A DNA stretch of 64,000 nt, taken from assembly GCA_963539665.1 (NCBI GenBank), contig CAUTOX010000002.1, positions 787-64,786 of the forward strand. The letters are read 5' to 3'. Source of the DNA: an uncultured Treponema sp. (lineage in GTDB: Bacteria > Spirochaetota > Spirochaetia > Treponematales > Treponemataceae). A model generated the notes under the pieces. That model did no database searches. It worked only from the letters and a program-made list of their open reading frames with translations, and was not told the origin of the DNA. A program made the translations under genes and the position numbers. Each line of letters starts with the position of its first letter. The first letter of the stretch is position 1. Shown here one piece after another: positions 63,545 through 64,000 of this stretch.

Positions 63545-64000
63545 ATGAAACAAGAAGTCGTGCAAACTTCTTCAATAGATATTGATCGTGCTATTGTTGA
63601 AATTACATCAAAACTTTCTAAATCAACGCATGAATATAACGCAATTATATTTTTTGCAGCAGCGGAGTATGATTTTCCAACTCTTGCCGTAAAAATGAAA
63701 AACGCTTTCCCTAAAGCGCAAGTAATCGGCACCAGCGCTCCCGGTGAAATAACTCCAAATGGTTTTATAAAGCAATCATTAGTAGTTTCAGCCTTATCGT
63801 GCAGGAAAACATCGTTTCAAGGGGTTTTTATAGATAATGTCGATAAATTTCCAATTATTGATAAACAAAAAATTGAACAAGCCGCTGCAAAATGCGGTAT
63901 TTCAATAAATAGCCCTTCTTCACATAAAGATGCCTTTGCATTAACATTTATAAATGGCGCTCGCAATATCGAAGAAGCTTTTTTATCGCTTTTTTACGCC
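63545..64000 (+). CDS. FIST-domain sensory protein, N-terminal part (continues beyond the window)
   Basis: ATG at 63545, open to the window end (152 codons). AIIFFAAAEYDFPTLAVKMKNAFPKAQVIGTSAPGEITPNGF resembles the FIST_N domain. Not listed in the ORF track because there is no stop inside the window. Confidence 0.5.
   Translation, partial: MKQEVVQTSSIDIDRAIVEITSKLSKSTHEYNAIIFFAAAEYDFPTLAVKMKNAFPKAQVIGTSAPGEITPNGFIKQSLVVSALSCRKTSFQGVFIDNVDKFPIIDKQKIEQAAAKCGISINSPSSHKDAFALTFINGARNIEEAFLSLFYA

Noticed and set aside
63430-63732. The 100-aa minus-strand ORF as a gene.
   Set aside because: It lies antisense to the better-supported FIST-domain reading frame that starts at 63545 and stays open to the window end.
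1-64000. tRNA, rRNA, tmRNA, RNase P or riboswitch genes.
   Set aside because: I found no cloverleaf-compatible segments with T-loop GTTCRANYC-type boxes and none of the conserved cores I can recognise by eye. A proper tRNAscan/Infernal run is still needed. The absence is not proven.

Overview
64 kb chromosomal window, about 50% GC overall. Gene content suggests a Treponema-like spirochaete; this is an inference from TIGR01784/Rpn-type paralogs, several MCPs, a short ParC and the envelope proteins. Housekeeping genes: plsC, clpB, ptsI, der, hisS, coaX, pfkA, a parC-like gene and yigZ. Sensory and envelope genes: three methyl-accepting chemotaxis proteins, an OmpA-family protein, a large beta-barrel candidate with a CBM48-like head, small lipoproteins, a thioesterase/LolA-like/MMPL module, and a GGDEF-EAL protein with two SpoIIE phosphatases and a STAS protein. 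There are two defence islands. (1) 42.7-49.9 kb: a Shango-like trio (SWIM-TerB protein, DUF2791/BrxD-like ATPase, DEAD/DEAH helicase) interrupted by an Rpn nuclease gene. (2) 56.2-63.4 kb: a compositionally mosaic Type IIG restriction-modification enzyme, an Abi_C-domain gene and an RloC/PrrC-like AAA_13 ATPase, followed by toxin-antitoxin, MITE and IS debris. The most unusual non-genic signal is a dispersed family of hairpin-bearing repeats of about 90-130 bp. It forms clusters at 15.1-15.8, 24.8-25.5 and 42.4-42.6 kb, expands to about 27 tandem units (2.5 kb) at 49.9-52.4 kb, and apparently sits in frame inside the RM gene. Other signals: a MITE family with TAGACCTGTTCG termini, tandem duplications of 217, 264 and 297 bp, an (ATTG)7 microsatellite upstream of a lipoprotein gene, and IS630 and IS1595 remnants. 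I recognised no rRNA, tRNA or CRISPR array. All domain calls come from motif recognition by eye, not from database searches.
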